A DNA stretch of 23,806 nt from assembly GCA_025544715.1 (NCBI GenBank), contig GCA_025544715.1_4109.5; one strand, written 5' to 3'. Origin of the DNA: Escherichia coli. Its GTDB lineage: Bacteria > Pseudomonadota > Gammaproteobacteria > Enterobacterales > Enterobacteriaceae. Of this stretch, positions 1 to 6,528 are shown one piece after another. Under the pieces are notes generated by a model. That model made no database searches. It saw only the letters and a program-made list of their open reading frames with translations, and had not been told where the DNA came from. The translations under genes and the position numbers were made by a program. How positions within the stretch are numbered: the stretch's first letter is position 1; the number at the start of each line of letters is the position of its first letter.

Positions 1-51
1 GTATAGTACTGAAAGCATTAATCAATGACAGAAAAAAGTTAAAATAATCTA

Positions 52-80
52 TTGACAATATCATCCAGTACTGGCATAAT
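52..80 (+). promoter_or_regulatory. sigma70-type promoter
   Basis: TTGACA (52-57), 17-nt spacer containing AGTACTG, CATAAT (75-80), then conserved ACTTACATCAAG start region. Confidence 0.6.
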
Positions 81-140
81 ACTTACATCAAGACGAGAAC
101 GTCACTAACCCATAGGGTGCACAAATGTAACTGTCTAATA

Positions 141-176
141 TTGATCAAAAAATGATCTGATCAATACTTGATCAAT
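141..176 (+). promoter_or_regulatory. cluster of TTGATCAA palindromes (four GATC sites in about 32 bp)
   Basis: attgatcaaaaaatgatctgatcaatacttgatcaatttg read directly; overlaps -35 of next promoter. Confidence 0.4.
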
Positions 177-195
177 TTGCGTAAAGTAGTATAAT
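168..195 (+). promoter_or_regulatory. candidate sigma70-type promoter
   Basis: TTGATC (168-173), 16-nt spacer, TATAAT (190-195). Confidence 0.45.
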
Positions 196-378
196 TCTAT
201 GCAGTTGGTTAGACGAAAGGTTATGATTAGTAGTGGAAGTGTATAAAAATTTTCATGGTGTATCGTTTCGCACATATGGCAATGAATATGTGGTATCATG
301 TGGATTGGAAAAAGTAAGAACAAGTAATATTATTGTCGCATTACAGTACTATAGTATTTTTATAATGAGGTTAAAATA

Positions 379-636
379 ATGGCTGTAGGATTCACAAAAG
401 ATGGGGCCGAGCAAGACGAGATTAACGCAGTGATTCAGGCCGCTGTTAACCACGCTAGAACGCAAATTAACGCACAAATAGAATCACTGATACATTGCCT
501 CGACTGCGGTGATAAAATCCCTGAGAATCGCCGCCAGGCCGTTAAGGGGTGTAAGTACTGCATAACTTGCCAGGAGGATCATGATAGTATTTTTAAACGT
601 CAACCGCGTAATTGTTGGCATAGATCTATGAGATAA
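379..636 (+). CDS. TraR/DksA-family C4 zinc-finger protein (85 aa)
   Basis: GAGG 8 nt upstream of ATG; paired Cys motifs CLDCGDKIP...CKYCITCQ typical of TraR/DksA zinc fingers. Confidence 0.75.
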   Translation: MAVGFTKDGAEQDEINAVIQAAVNHARTQINAQIESLIHCLDCGDKIPENRRQAVKGCKYCITCQEDHDSIFKRQPRNCWHRSMR

Positions 637-642
637 AAAGTA

Positions 643-670
643 TTGACAGTACTGAAAGATAGTGTATACT
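643..670 (+). promoter_or_regulatory. sigma70-type promoter
   Basis: TTGACA (643-648), 16-nt spacer with AGTACTG, TATACT (665-670). Confidence 0.6.
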
Positions 671-699
671 ATTTTATATCTTAACTGAGGATTGAAATC

Positions 700-1056
700 A
701 TGGGTATTCAACACATCACGCGTACTACTGACAATGGCGAGATCACTGGCTATCAAGTACAGGGCAAAGTAGCACAATTGCAGTACTGGTTTGTAAAACG
801 TGGATTGATTGCACCGGATCTTGATTATGACCGTGTAGCGTTTATTGATTCTCTTTATGTTGATCCTGATAGTCGGGGCAATGGTGAAGGTAACGAATTA
901 ATGAATGCCTTTATTGATGCCGCCGATGATTCAGATTGTATCATTTTAGAATGCGATACGGGAGAAGATAACGCCTTTAATCTTAAAGAATGGTACGAAG
1001 GTTTCGGATTCGAGGTACTGATCGATAGTGAATATCCTATCATGATTTTATCATAG
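700..1056 (+). CDS. small GNAT-like N-acetyltransferase (118 aa)
   Basis: GAGG RBS; VDPDSRGNGEGNELM resembles GNAT motif A (R-x-x-G-x-G) and C-terminal FNLKEWYEGFGF resembles motif B; judged by eye only. Confidence 0.55.
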   Translation: MGIQHITRTTDNGEITGYQVQGKVAQLQYWFVKRGLIAPDLDYDRVAFIDSLYVDPDSRGNGEGNELMNAFIDAADDSDCIILECDTGEDNAFNLKEWYEGFGFEVLIDSEYPIMILS

Positions 1057-1059
1057 TAC

Positions 1060-1088
1060 TTGCATTTAGTTTTCAGTACTGTTATAGT
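1060..1088 (+). promoter_or_regulatory. sigma70-type promoter
   Basis: TTGCAT (1060-1065), 17-nt spacer with AGTACTG, TATAGT (1083-1088), ACTTACATCAAG downstream. Confidence 0.6.
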
Positions 1089-1100
1089 ACTTACATCAAG

Positions 1101-1117
1101 GGGAAACATCTTCCCCT
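1101..1117 (+). other. 5' leader stem-loop (GGGGAA / TTCCCC)
   Basis: 6-bp inverted repeat just downstream of predicted transcription start, upstream of RBS. Confidence 0.5.
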
Positions 1118-1128
1118 ACTAAGAGGAA

Positions 1129-1323
1129 ATGAAAATGGAAAACTTATCAAGTATTTTAGTACAAGATGATTTCGGTAATCCTGGAAGTGCTATCATTGTT
1201 CGGGGTAATAAAGCAACATTTGTTATTGCTGGTGGACCTGTACAGCGTAGCATTAAAAACAATGCCGTTACTATTAATAATGTACGCTATCGCTTAGATA
1301 AAGAATTGATTCATAAACTGTAA
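1129..1323 (+). CDS. hypothetical protein (64 aa)
   Basis: ORF after promoter, hairpin and AAGAGG; in-frame ATG at 1135 is an alternative start. Confidence 0.6.
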   Translation: MKMENLSSILVQDDFGNPGSAIIVRGNKATFVIAGGPVQRSIKNNAVTINNVRYRLDKELIHKL

Positions 1324-1350
1324 TATTAATTTAATAGAGGATAACAATAA

Positions 1351-1674
1351 ATGTACATTCATACTACTATCACAAAGGAAGTCCGTTGCCAGTTCGAAAG
1401 TATTCCGGGCGTATGTTTCATCACTGGTACGTTTTCCCCTGGTGATCGTGATAATCCAGTACTGTTACAATTACGCCATCCATCATGGGATAAAGCATTT
1501 GATCTACCGTTGAATGAATTCGCAACTACTGCTGAAAAGTACATTAAAAATATTCGTGAGAATGATCGACTATTCATTAATGCTTTTAGTGATTCCGCGT
1601 TAAGCGAGATCCACGGCGTATTGGTTGCAATCATGGAATCAATGGAGAAAACTAAATTCAAACAAGGTGAATAA
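1351..1674 (+). CDS. hypothetical protein (107 aa)
   Basis: GAGGA RBS 8-9 nt upstream of ATG. Confidence 0.65.
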   Translation: MYIHTTITKEVRCQFESIPGVCFITGTFSPGDRDNPVLLQLRHPSWDKAFDLPLNEFATTAEKYIKNIRENDRLFINAFSDSALSEIHGVLVAIMESMEKTKFKQGE

Positions 1675-1680
1675 AAACTA

Positions 1681-1709
1681 TTGACAATGTAATCTAGTAC
1701 TGTATAATA
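1681..1709 (+). promoter_or_regulatory. sigma70-type promoter (consensus)
   Basis: TTGACA (1681-1686), 17-nt spacer with AGTACTG, TATAAT (1704-1709). Confidence 0.7.
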
Positions 1710-1720
1710 AGTTACATGAA

Positions 1721-1741
1721 GGGGAGAAAATGATTCTCCCC
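1721..1741 (+). other. 5' leader stem-loop (GGGGAGAA / TTCTCCCC)
   Basis: perfect 8-bp inverted repeat with 5-nt loop between promoter and RBS. Confidence 0.6.
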
Positions 1742-1758
1742 ACTGAGAGGAAAGAAAA

Positions 1759-1971
1759 ATGCAAGGTCAACTAATCGTTCGTAAATGGTCTGATACTAAT
1801 GAAAAACCGTGGGATGTTCAATACATCGGACCGGATGGGGTATCACGTTATCAGCCTGGCGTAACGCATAGTACTGAGCAATTCGCCAACGCTCACCGCG
1901 AACGCCTGTTAGAATCCATGAAACAGGGATACGGTGAAAAATTCATTCAAGATCATTGGCTGAAAGATTAA
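1759..1971 (+). CDS. hypothetical protein (70 aa)
   Basis: promoter, leader hairpin, GAGAGG RBS, ATG. Confidence 0.7.
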   Translation: MQGQLIVRKWSDTNEKPWDVQYIGPDGVSRYQPGVTHSTEQFANAHRERLLESMKQGYGEKFIQDHWLKD

Positions 1972-1988
1972 TATAAGGAGTACAGCTT

Positions 1989-2081
1989 ATGCAAATGAAT
2001 CCGATGATTATTGTTTTAGCTGTACTTATGATCATTCATGCAATAGTAGAAGTATTAAATCAATCAGGAGTAATAAAATGA
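1989..2081 (+). CDS. small hydrophobic peptide (30 aa, MQMNPMIIVLAVLMIIHAIVEVLNQSGVIK)
   Basis: AAGGAG 8 nt upstream of ATG; below ORF-track size cutoff; stop overlaps next start (ATGA). Confidence 0.4.
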   Translation: MQMNPMIIVLAVLMIIHAIVEVLNQSGVIK

Positions 2082-2251
2082 TCCAGGTAGAATTAACAGT
2101 ACTGAAAGATCTGTTTTATCGGTTAGGTACTACTGGCGAGTATCCTAAAAGTGATACCGCAAAACTTTTTGTATCACTCGATTTATGGCAACGCGAACAA
2201 TTAGTAATGTCCTGGCGTAAAGGTAAAGCAGATAGCGAGGTGAAAGCATGA
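2078..2251 (+). CDS. hypothetical small protein (57 aa)
   Basis: translated by hand; ATGA overlap with neighbours on both sides. Confidence 0.45.
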   Translation: MIQVELTVLKDLFYRLGTTGEYPKSDTAKLFVSLDLWQREQLVMSWRKGKADSEVKA

Positions 2252-2397
2252 AAGAATTCTTATTCGAAGTAGTGTTTCAAGGTGTCGGTAGTAACCAACT
2301 GATTCGCTCAAGTGGTTACAATGTTAACCAGGCATGGAATAACATTAAACAAATGTACCCGAACGCTATCACATATCGCAACCCGAAAGAAGTTTAA
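2248..2397 (+). CDS. hypothetical small protein (49 aa)
   Basis: translated by hand; ATGA overlap upstream; ends just before terminator-like hairpin. Confidence 0.45.
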   Translation: MKEFLFEVVFQGVGSNQLIRSSGYNVNQAWNNIKQMYPNAITYRNPKEV

Positions 2398-2411
2398 AAA
2401 GAATTGAAAAA

Positions 2412-2433
2412 GGGATTGACTCCGGTCAGTCCC
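2412..2433 (+). terminator. terminator-like hairpin GGGATTGAC-TCCG-GTCAGTCCC
   Basis: 9-bp stem with one G-U pair and 4-nt loop, preceded by A-run, followed by TTTGCTATTATATA. Confidence 0.5.
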
Positions 2434-2444
2434 TTTGCTATTAT
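2416..2444 (+). promoter_or_regulatory. promoter embedded in hairpin
   Basis: TTGACT (2416-2421), 17-nt spacer, TATTAT (2439-2444). Confidence 0.55.
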
Positions 2445-2535
2445 ATACGCATAGAAACAAATCAGCCCACAGGGTGCATAAATGTATCTATTGTTTGCTG
2501 GTGGCTAGTACTGAAAACTATTTTTAAAAAAGTAC

Positions 2536-2563
2536 TTGCATTGTACTTAGAATCAAGTATAAT
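2536..2563 (+). promoter_or_regulatory. sigma70-type promoter of the AAAAAGTACTTGCA class
   Basis: A-tract, TTGCAT (2536-2541), 16-nt spacer, TATAAT (2558-2563), GTTTTACAT downstream; same cassette at 5262, 6118, 6453, 7961. Confidence 0.6.
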
Positions 2564-2651
2564 GTTTTACATCAGGACGGGGAACGAAACAAGTAACCCC
2601 GTTAAGTAGTCCAGGAGTAAGACATAAGAAAACCTCCCCTGATAAAATAGT

Positions 2652-2680
2652 TTGACAATAGAAAGTAAACGAGTATAATA
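2652..2680 (+). promoter_or_regulatory. sigma70-type promoter (consensus)
   Basis: TTGACA (2652-2657), 17-nt spacer, TATAAT (2675-2680), ACTTACATCAA downstream. Confidence 0.7.
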
Positions 2681-2712
2681 CTTACATCAACCACTGATAA
2701 GGAAACATTAAA

Positions 2713-2988
2713 ATGCGGATTCTACTGACAGCTAACGAAATCGAACAAGTACTGACTACTAACCTGGAAGACTGGAAACGTGAAGCAGATATCCAGGCGG
2801 TTCAATGGCTTAACGATAAGTTAACGCCGGATGACTTAAGCAAGATTGTAGATCCTCAATTCTACGAAGATATTCACGACACCGCGTTAAGCGTCGAGGA
2901 TGTACTTGATAAGCACTACATTGATATTGATTTGCAGGTTTACGGTCGTAAAAACTTTATCACTATTCACGACATTTACAATAATTAA
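2713..2988 (+). CDS. hypothetical protein (91 aa)
   Basis: AAGGA RBS 10 nt upstream of ATG; promoter upstream. Confidence 0.7.
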   Translation: MRILLTANEIEQVLTTNLEDWKREADIQAVQWLNDKLTPDDLSKIVDPQFYEDIHDTALSVEDVLDKHYIDIDLQVYGRKNFITIHDIYNN

Positions 2989-2991
2989 GTA

Positions 2992-3019
2992 TTGACAAAG
3001 TATCTTAGTACTGTATAAT
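2992..3019 (+). promoter_or_regulatory. sigma70-type promoter (consensus)
   Basis: TTGACA (2992-2997), 16-nt spacer with AGTACTG, TATAAT (3014-3019); almost identical to promoter at 5569. Confidence 0.7.
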
Positions 3020-3034
3020 AGTTTACATCAAGGC

Positions 3035-3052
3035 AGGGGGAATGGTTCCCCT
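3035..3052 (+). other. 5' leader stem-loop (AGGGGGA / TTCCCCT)
   Basis: inverted repeat with AATGG loop between promoter and RBS. Confidence 0.55.
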
Positions 3053-3076
3053 CCTAACTAAAAGAGAGAAATTAAA

Positions 3077-3400
3077 ATGGCTATGATCCTGTCCCAGAAA
3101 GTAGAACTGAAAATTGTAACCTCCTTTGACATTAAAGTGAATCGCTGGACTGATCGGAACGGTAACACTTACCACTCTTGCTACGTGTCCGCATTGATTG
3201 GTGATCGCTGGGAGGATTTAGGACACGAAACATTTACATACGGTTACGGCACTCAAGGCGAATACACGGGCTTGGAGATCATTAAAGAAACCGTTATAGG
3301 TTTCAACCCGAAAGAAAACGTTATTCACCGCATCGAGGAAGAGATCAACAAAGAAATAACAGTTCGCTACTACGATGTAAAACGTAAGAAAGATATGTAA
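3077..3400 (+). CDS. hypothetical protein (107 aa)
   Basis: promoter, leader hairpin, purine-rich RBS, ATG. Confidence 0.7.
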   Translation: MAMILSQKVELKIVTSFDIKVNRWTDRNGNTYHSCYVSALIGDRWEDLGHETFTYGYGTQGEYTGLEIIKETVIGFNPKENVIHRIEEEINKEITVRYYDVKRKKDM

Positions 3401-3422
3401 TAGAATCCATTTAAAGTACTAT

Positions 3423-3451
3423 TTGACATTGCCCAGATAGTACTTTATAAT
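3423..3451 (+). promoter_or_regulatory. sigma70-type promoter (consensus)
   Basis: TTGACA (3423-3428), 17-nt spacer with AGTACT, TATAAT (3446-3451). Confidence 0.7.
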
Positions 3452-3495
3452 AGACTCTAACTTGTAGTACTAACTTAACTAATAGGATATATACC

Positions 3496-3891
3496 ATGAT
3501 TACTAAATTCTACGCTACCCGTGAAGCTGCCCGTATTGTTGCACGCGAGGAAGGAGAAGCATTTAAAGACATGGGCAAAGATGCACCGAAAGGCCAACGC
3601 TGGGCCGTACAGTTCAAAGAAATCTCTGATATTGTGAATTCACCTGAGCCAGTACTAACAGCAGAAGAACAAAAACAAGCTGAAGAACTGGCGGCAATTC
3701 TTAACGCTCAAGATGAATTCGTCGCGGGTACTGATATCCAGGTTGTAGTAAATTCGAATGCATGGACTCACGCGGATCACCTGGCAAACCTGAAGCGTCC
3801 AAGTGAACTGATTCGCAACCAAAAAGAGATCCGTCATGACCGTAAGGGAAACCGTGTTACCGTATACAGTAAACGCCGCCAGGTTATCTAA
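3496..3891 (+). CDS. hypothetical protein (131 aa)
   Basis: AGGA RBS; consensus promoter upstream; followed by strong terminator. Confidence 0.7.
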   Translation: MITKFYATREAARIVAREEGEAFKDMGKDAPKGQRWAVQFKEISDIVNSPEPVLTAEEQKQAEELAAILNAQDEFVAGTDIQVVVNSNAWTHADHLANLKRPSELIRNQKEIRHDRKGNRVTVYSKRRQVI

Positions 3892-3913
3892 TAACTTGCA
3901 GTACTAACAACAC

Positions 3914-3938
3914 GGCGGGATCAGTTCCCGCCTTTTTT
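3914..3938 (+). terminator. rho-independent terminator
   Basis: GGCGGGA-TCAGT-TCCCGCC 7-bp GC-rich stem followed by TTTTTT. Confidence 0.8.
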
Positions 3939-3953
3939 ATAGGATAAACTAAA

Positions 3954-4208
3954 ATGATGAAGGTACAACTATCTAAAGATAATATCTTGCGGGTACACTA
4001 TAAAGCACCACAGAGAATCATCACAAAGGCCGTACAGCTTGCTAATGAGTTTATTAATGGTAGTCTATTACCCAGGAAGTTAAGCAACGGGAAACTACGT
4101 GTTATCGATGTAGACACTAACAACAGAATAGTAATTGAGAATACTGGAAAGATAAACCTTTATGAGCATCAACAGTATAATAAGAAAATAAAACTAATAT
4201 CACGTTGA
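3954..4208 (+). CDS. hypothetical protein (84 aa)
   Basis: AGGA RBS then ATG; lies directly after terminator, so expression may rely on read-through. Confidence 0.6.
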   Translation: MMKVQLSKDNILRVHYKAPQRIITKAVQLANEFINGSLLPRKLSNGKLRVIDVDTNNRIVIENTGKINLYEHQQYNKKIKLISR

Positions 4209-4233
4209 CAGTACTCAAATGTTTTAGTACTAT
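4205..4233 (+). promoter_or_regulatory. candidate sigma70-type promoter
   Basis: TTGACA (4205-4210) overlapping upstream stop codon, 17-nt spacer with two AGTACT, TACTAT (4228-4233). Confidence 0.5.
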
Positions 4234-4262
4234 GTATCTATACCAACACGGGGGAAAACAAA

Positions 4263-4505
4263 ATGATTACTTTAGAAAAACGTATCAAAGAAACTACATC
4301 GCTGGTGGAACTGTTAACTGTACTGAAATGCCGTACTACTCGGTTTAGTACACCGGACTTTATTAATATGGTTGATGTTAACGGTCGTTATCGCATTGCA
4401 GTAGAACAAGGAACAGCGAAAGTATTCAGTACTAAAAACACTAAGGAAGTGATTCACGCTGTAAGTGTTAAAAAAGTAGTTGCAATTGATAGTAAAGTAC
4501 TGTAA
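4263..4505 (+). CDS. hypothetical protein (80 aa)
   Basis: GGGGGA RBS then ATG. Confidence 0.6.
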   Translation: MITLEKRIKETTSLVELLTVLKCRTTRFSTPDFINMVDVNGRYRIAVEQGTAKVFSTKNTKEVIHAVSVKKVVAIDSKVL

Positions 4506-4536
4506 GATAGTTACATTAACTCAAGGAGAACATGCA

Positions 4537-5121
4537 ATGCGTCAATATACTAAATTCATCCGGTCCCTGTCAGAAATGGAAACTAATAAAGAGATCCTTT
4601 CAGCTTGTCGGTTAGCTGGTCTGGAAATCATCGGGGCCGGATCATCCCGTATAGTATTCGCTTTAAATGATCGGTTAGTGATTAAGGTCGCTAATTGTGA
4701 TGCGGGTGTAGAACAAAATGAAACTGAATGTAAGGTATGGAATTTTTTAGACTATGACCGCCCTCAGTTGAAACAGTTCTTTGCTAAGGTGCATATGCAT
4801 TTAAGCGATCCTGATAATATGTTTATTGTTATGGATCGTTTGAGTACTGCAAGCAAAGGCAGTGTAAAGCACGTTAACGCGTGCAACGAATTAAAGTACA
4901 ATATTAAACGTAATGCCATTGAACGCCAGCACCGCTTTGCTGATGCATTACAACACGTTGATGATACCTTATCAACCCTAACGTTAAGAGATATCAGAAA
5001 ACAGAACATCGGCCAGGATCGCAACGGCCTTATTAAAGTACTTGATTACGGTTTAACCCGCAATATCTGGAATCAGTACTATAAAAAGCGTGATGTAAAA
5101 GCCGTAACTATAACACGATAA
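4537..5121 (+). CDS. minimal protein-kinase-like protein (194 aa)
   Basis: AGGAGA RBS 7 nt upstream of ATG 4537 (ORF track extends to 4480). Gly-rich loop IGAGSSRIVF, then VIKV lysine, catalytic-loop-like DIRKQNIG (D-x-K-x-x-N) and DFG-like LDYG. Confidence 0.55.
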   Translation: MRQYTKFIRSLSEMETNKEILSACRLAGLEIIGAGSSRIVFALNDRLVIKVANCDAGVEQNETECKVWNFLDYDRPQLKQFFAKVHMHLSDPDNMFIVMDRLSTASKGSVKHVNACNELKYNIKRNAIERQHRFADALQHVDDTLSTLTLRDIRKQNIGQDRNGLIKVLDYGLTRNIWNQYYKKRDVKAVTITR

Positions 5122-5135
5122 AAAAGATTAAAAAT

Positions 5136-5157
5136 GGGATTGACTTCGGTCAGTCCC
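5136..5157 (+). terminator. terminator-like hairpin GGGATTGAC-TTCG-GTCAGTCCC
   Basis: 9-bp stem, UUCG tetraloop, U-containing tail; directly after stop of kinase-like gene. Confidence 0.5.
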
Positions 5158-5168
5158 TTTGCTATTAT
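5140..5168 (+). promoter_or_regulatory. promoter embedded in hairpin
   Basis: TTGACT, 17-nt spacer, TATTAT (5163-5168). Confidence 0.55.
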
Positions 5169-5261
5169 ATATTCATTGAGAGATAGCTCACTGACCCACA
5201 GGGTGCAGAAGTGTATCTATTATATAAGTATTCAGTACTGAAAACTATTTTTAAAAAGTAC

Positions 5262-5290
5262 TTGCAAACTATCTCAAATCGCGTATAATG
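5262..5290 (+). promoter_or_regulatory. sigma70-type promoter of the AAAAAGTACTTGCA class
   Basis: TTGCAA (5262-5267), 17-nt spacer, TATAAT (5285-5290). Confidence 0.6.
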
Positions 5291-5301
5291 TTTTATATCG
5301 A

Positions 5302-5323
5302 GAGGGGGAAATGGTTCTCCCTG
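5302..5323 (+). other. 5' leader stem-loop (GGGGGAA / TTCTCCC)
   Basis: inverted repeat with AATGG loop; the loop ATG is the spurious ORF-track start at 5311. Confidence 0.55.
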
Positions 5324-5343
5324 GTACATTAAGGAATAAAATC

Positions 5344-5565
5344 ATGACTACAATGACTTGCATTCACGCTTCAAACCTGCTTAATGATGCGGCCTTTAAT
5401 GTTGAAACAGAATATCAATGTTATCGGGATGAAAATAAAAAAGTTTTTGTAGTTGATAATAATGGTTTCCATATTGAATTGCAATCCGGTTTCACTGGCA
5501 TTGATGGTAAATCAGTATGGGGCGTACAGGACGATAAAGGCACATATCATTTTAAACGTAATTAA
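5344..5565 (+). CDS. hypothetical protein (73 aa)
   Basis: start moved from 5311 (hairpin loop) to ATG 5344, 8 nt after AAGGA. Confidence 0.6.
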   Translation: MTTMTCIHASNLLNDAAFNVETEYQCYRDENKKVFVVDNNGFHIELQSGFTGIDGKSVWGVQDDKGTYHFKRN

Positions 5566-5568
5566 GTA

Positions 5569-5596
5569 TTGACAAAGTATATCAGTACTGTATAAT
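5569..5596 (+). promoter_or_regulatory. sigma70-type promoter (consensus)
   Basis: TTGACAAAGTAT-ATCAGTACTG-TATAATAGTTTACATCAAGG, near-identical to 2992-3033. Confidence 0.7.
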
Positions 5597-5608
5597 AGTT
5601 TACATCAA

Positions 5609-5627
5609 GGGGAGAATAGTTCTCCCC
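5609..5627 (+). other. 5' leader stem-loop (GGGGAGAA / TTCTCCCC)
   Basis: perfect 8-bp inverted repeat, loop TAG. Confidence 0.6.
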
Positions 5628-5649
5628 GATACTAAAAGGAAACAAAATT

Positions 5650-5922
5650 ATGTCTAGCTACTCCGCTACTATGATCATTAAAGATATGAACGGTAATCCT
5701 ACTTCTGCTGGTGGATCATTTGGAAACATTAACTTAGATGGTCGGTTATCAATTGAATCAGCCATCAATGCAGCGAAAGAAGTTTTTAAGAATGAATGTA
5801 CTGTAAGCAAGCTGGATTATATGGGCTTCGCTATCGAAAAAACTAATCGTTTTGTGGACTACAAAAAACCACTGATGATTGATACTAACCTGAAAGCGAA
5901 CGAAGTGGAATACTTATTATGA
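5650..5922 (+). CDS. hypothetical protein (90 aa)
   Basis: AAGGA RBS then ATG. Confidence 0.65.
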   Translation: MSSYSATMIIKDMNGNPTSAGGSFGNINLDGRLSIESAINAAKEVFKNECTVSKLDYMGFAIEKTNRFVDYKKPLMIDTNLKANEVEYLL

Positions 5923-6110
5923 CAGTTGAAGAAGTTAAAAAAGTACTGGCAGTACTACGCTATCATAATCATTGCAAGGTTAAGAATGATCCTGATTATC
6001 TTGATTCATCCCTGGAAGAGGATACACTACAAGCAATAAGCCATATGCAAAAAATGCTTAAGCGTATGACTGAAAAGAATAGACCGGACTATATCGGAAA
6101 TAAAATTTAA
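5919..6110 (+). CDS. hypothetical protein (63 aa)
   Basis: ATGA overlap with upstream stop, suggesting translational coupling. Confidence 0.55.
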   Translation: MTVEEVKKVLAVLRYHNHCKVKNDPDYLDSSLEEDTLQAISHMQKMLKRMTEKNRPDYIGNKI

Positions 6111-6117
6111 AAAGTAC

Positions 6118-6145
6118 TTGCATTGTAGTTAGATTAACGTATAAT
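6118..6145 (+). promoter_or_regulatory. sigma70-type promoter of the AAAAAGTACTTGCA class
   Basis: TTGCAT (6118-6123), 16-nt spacer, TATAAT (6140-6145). Confidence 0.6.
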
Positions 6146-6157
6146 GTTTTACATAGA

Positions 6158-6178
6158 GCGGGGGAATAGTTCTCCCGC
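6158..6178 (+). other. 5' leader stem-loop (GCGGGGGAA / TTCTCCCGC)
   Basis: 9-bp stem with one G-U pair; same hairpin repeated at 7132-7152. Confidence 0.6.
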
Positions 6179-6196
6179 CAGTCCAGGAGATACACC

Positions 6197-6463
6197 ATGA
6201 ACACTATCGAAATCACTATCAATGCTCACGTATACGACAACGTAGTACTGCAAACTACTATGACCGCTCACGATACCAGTACTTTGCGGAATACCGTTGT
6301 AAGTGCTGTATGTGCTGCAATCGGTGATGTAGCCCTGGAAAATGCAGAACACATCAACAACGGTTTCACTATGTGCAAGCGTGATAACGCAAAACATATC
6401 ATCGTAGAAGGTTACGGCGGTGTAGAATATAACCTTTATATGAAAAAAGTACTTGCATCGTAA
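6197..6463 (+). CDS. hypothetical protein (88 aa)
   Basis: CCAGGAG RBS then ATG. Confidence 0.65.
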   Translation: MNTIEITINAHVYDNVVLQTTMTAHDTSTLRNTVVSAVCAAIGDVALENAEHINNGFTMCKRDNAKHIIVEGYGGVEYNLYMKKVLAS

Positions 6464-6480
6464 TTAAAACAAAGTATAAT
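6453..6480 (+). promoter_or_regulatory. sigma70-type promoter overlapping end of upstream CDS
   Basis: AAAAAGTACTTGCAT with TTGCAT at 6453-6458, 16-nt spacer, TATAAT (6475-6480). Confidence 0.55.
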
Positions 6481-6490
6481 GTTTTGCATA

Positions 6491-6509
6491 GGGGGAGATA
6501 TCCTCCCCC
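6491..6509 (+). other. 5' leader stem-loop (GGGGGAG / CTCCCCC)
   Basis: perfect 7-bp inverted repeat, loop ATATC. Confidence 0.6.
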
Positions 6510-6528
6510 ACTAATAAGGAGTACTAAA

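Larger units (their letters stand above)
2406..2488 (+). repeat. intergenic module copy 1 (hairpin-embedded promoter plus CCCACAGGGTGCA box)
   Basis: near-identical to 7388-7470 and similar to 5131-5217. Confidence 0.8.
5131..5217 (+). repeat. intergenic module copy 2
   Basis: same hairpin-promoter (loop TTCG instead of TCCG) and CCCACAGGGTGCA box as copies 1 and 3. Confidence 0.75.

Noticed and set aside
135-323. Minus-strand ORF (62 aa, His-rich) in the leader region
   Set aside because: No RBS, odd composition, and it lies antisense within a promoter/leader region of an otherwise plus-strand block.
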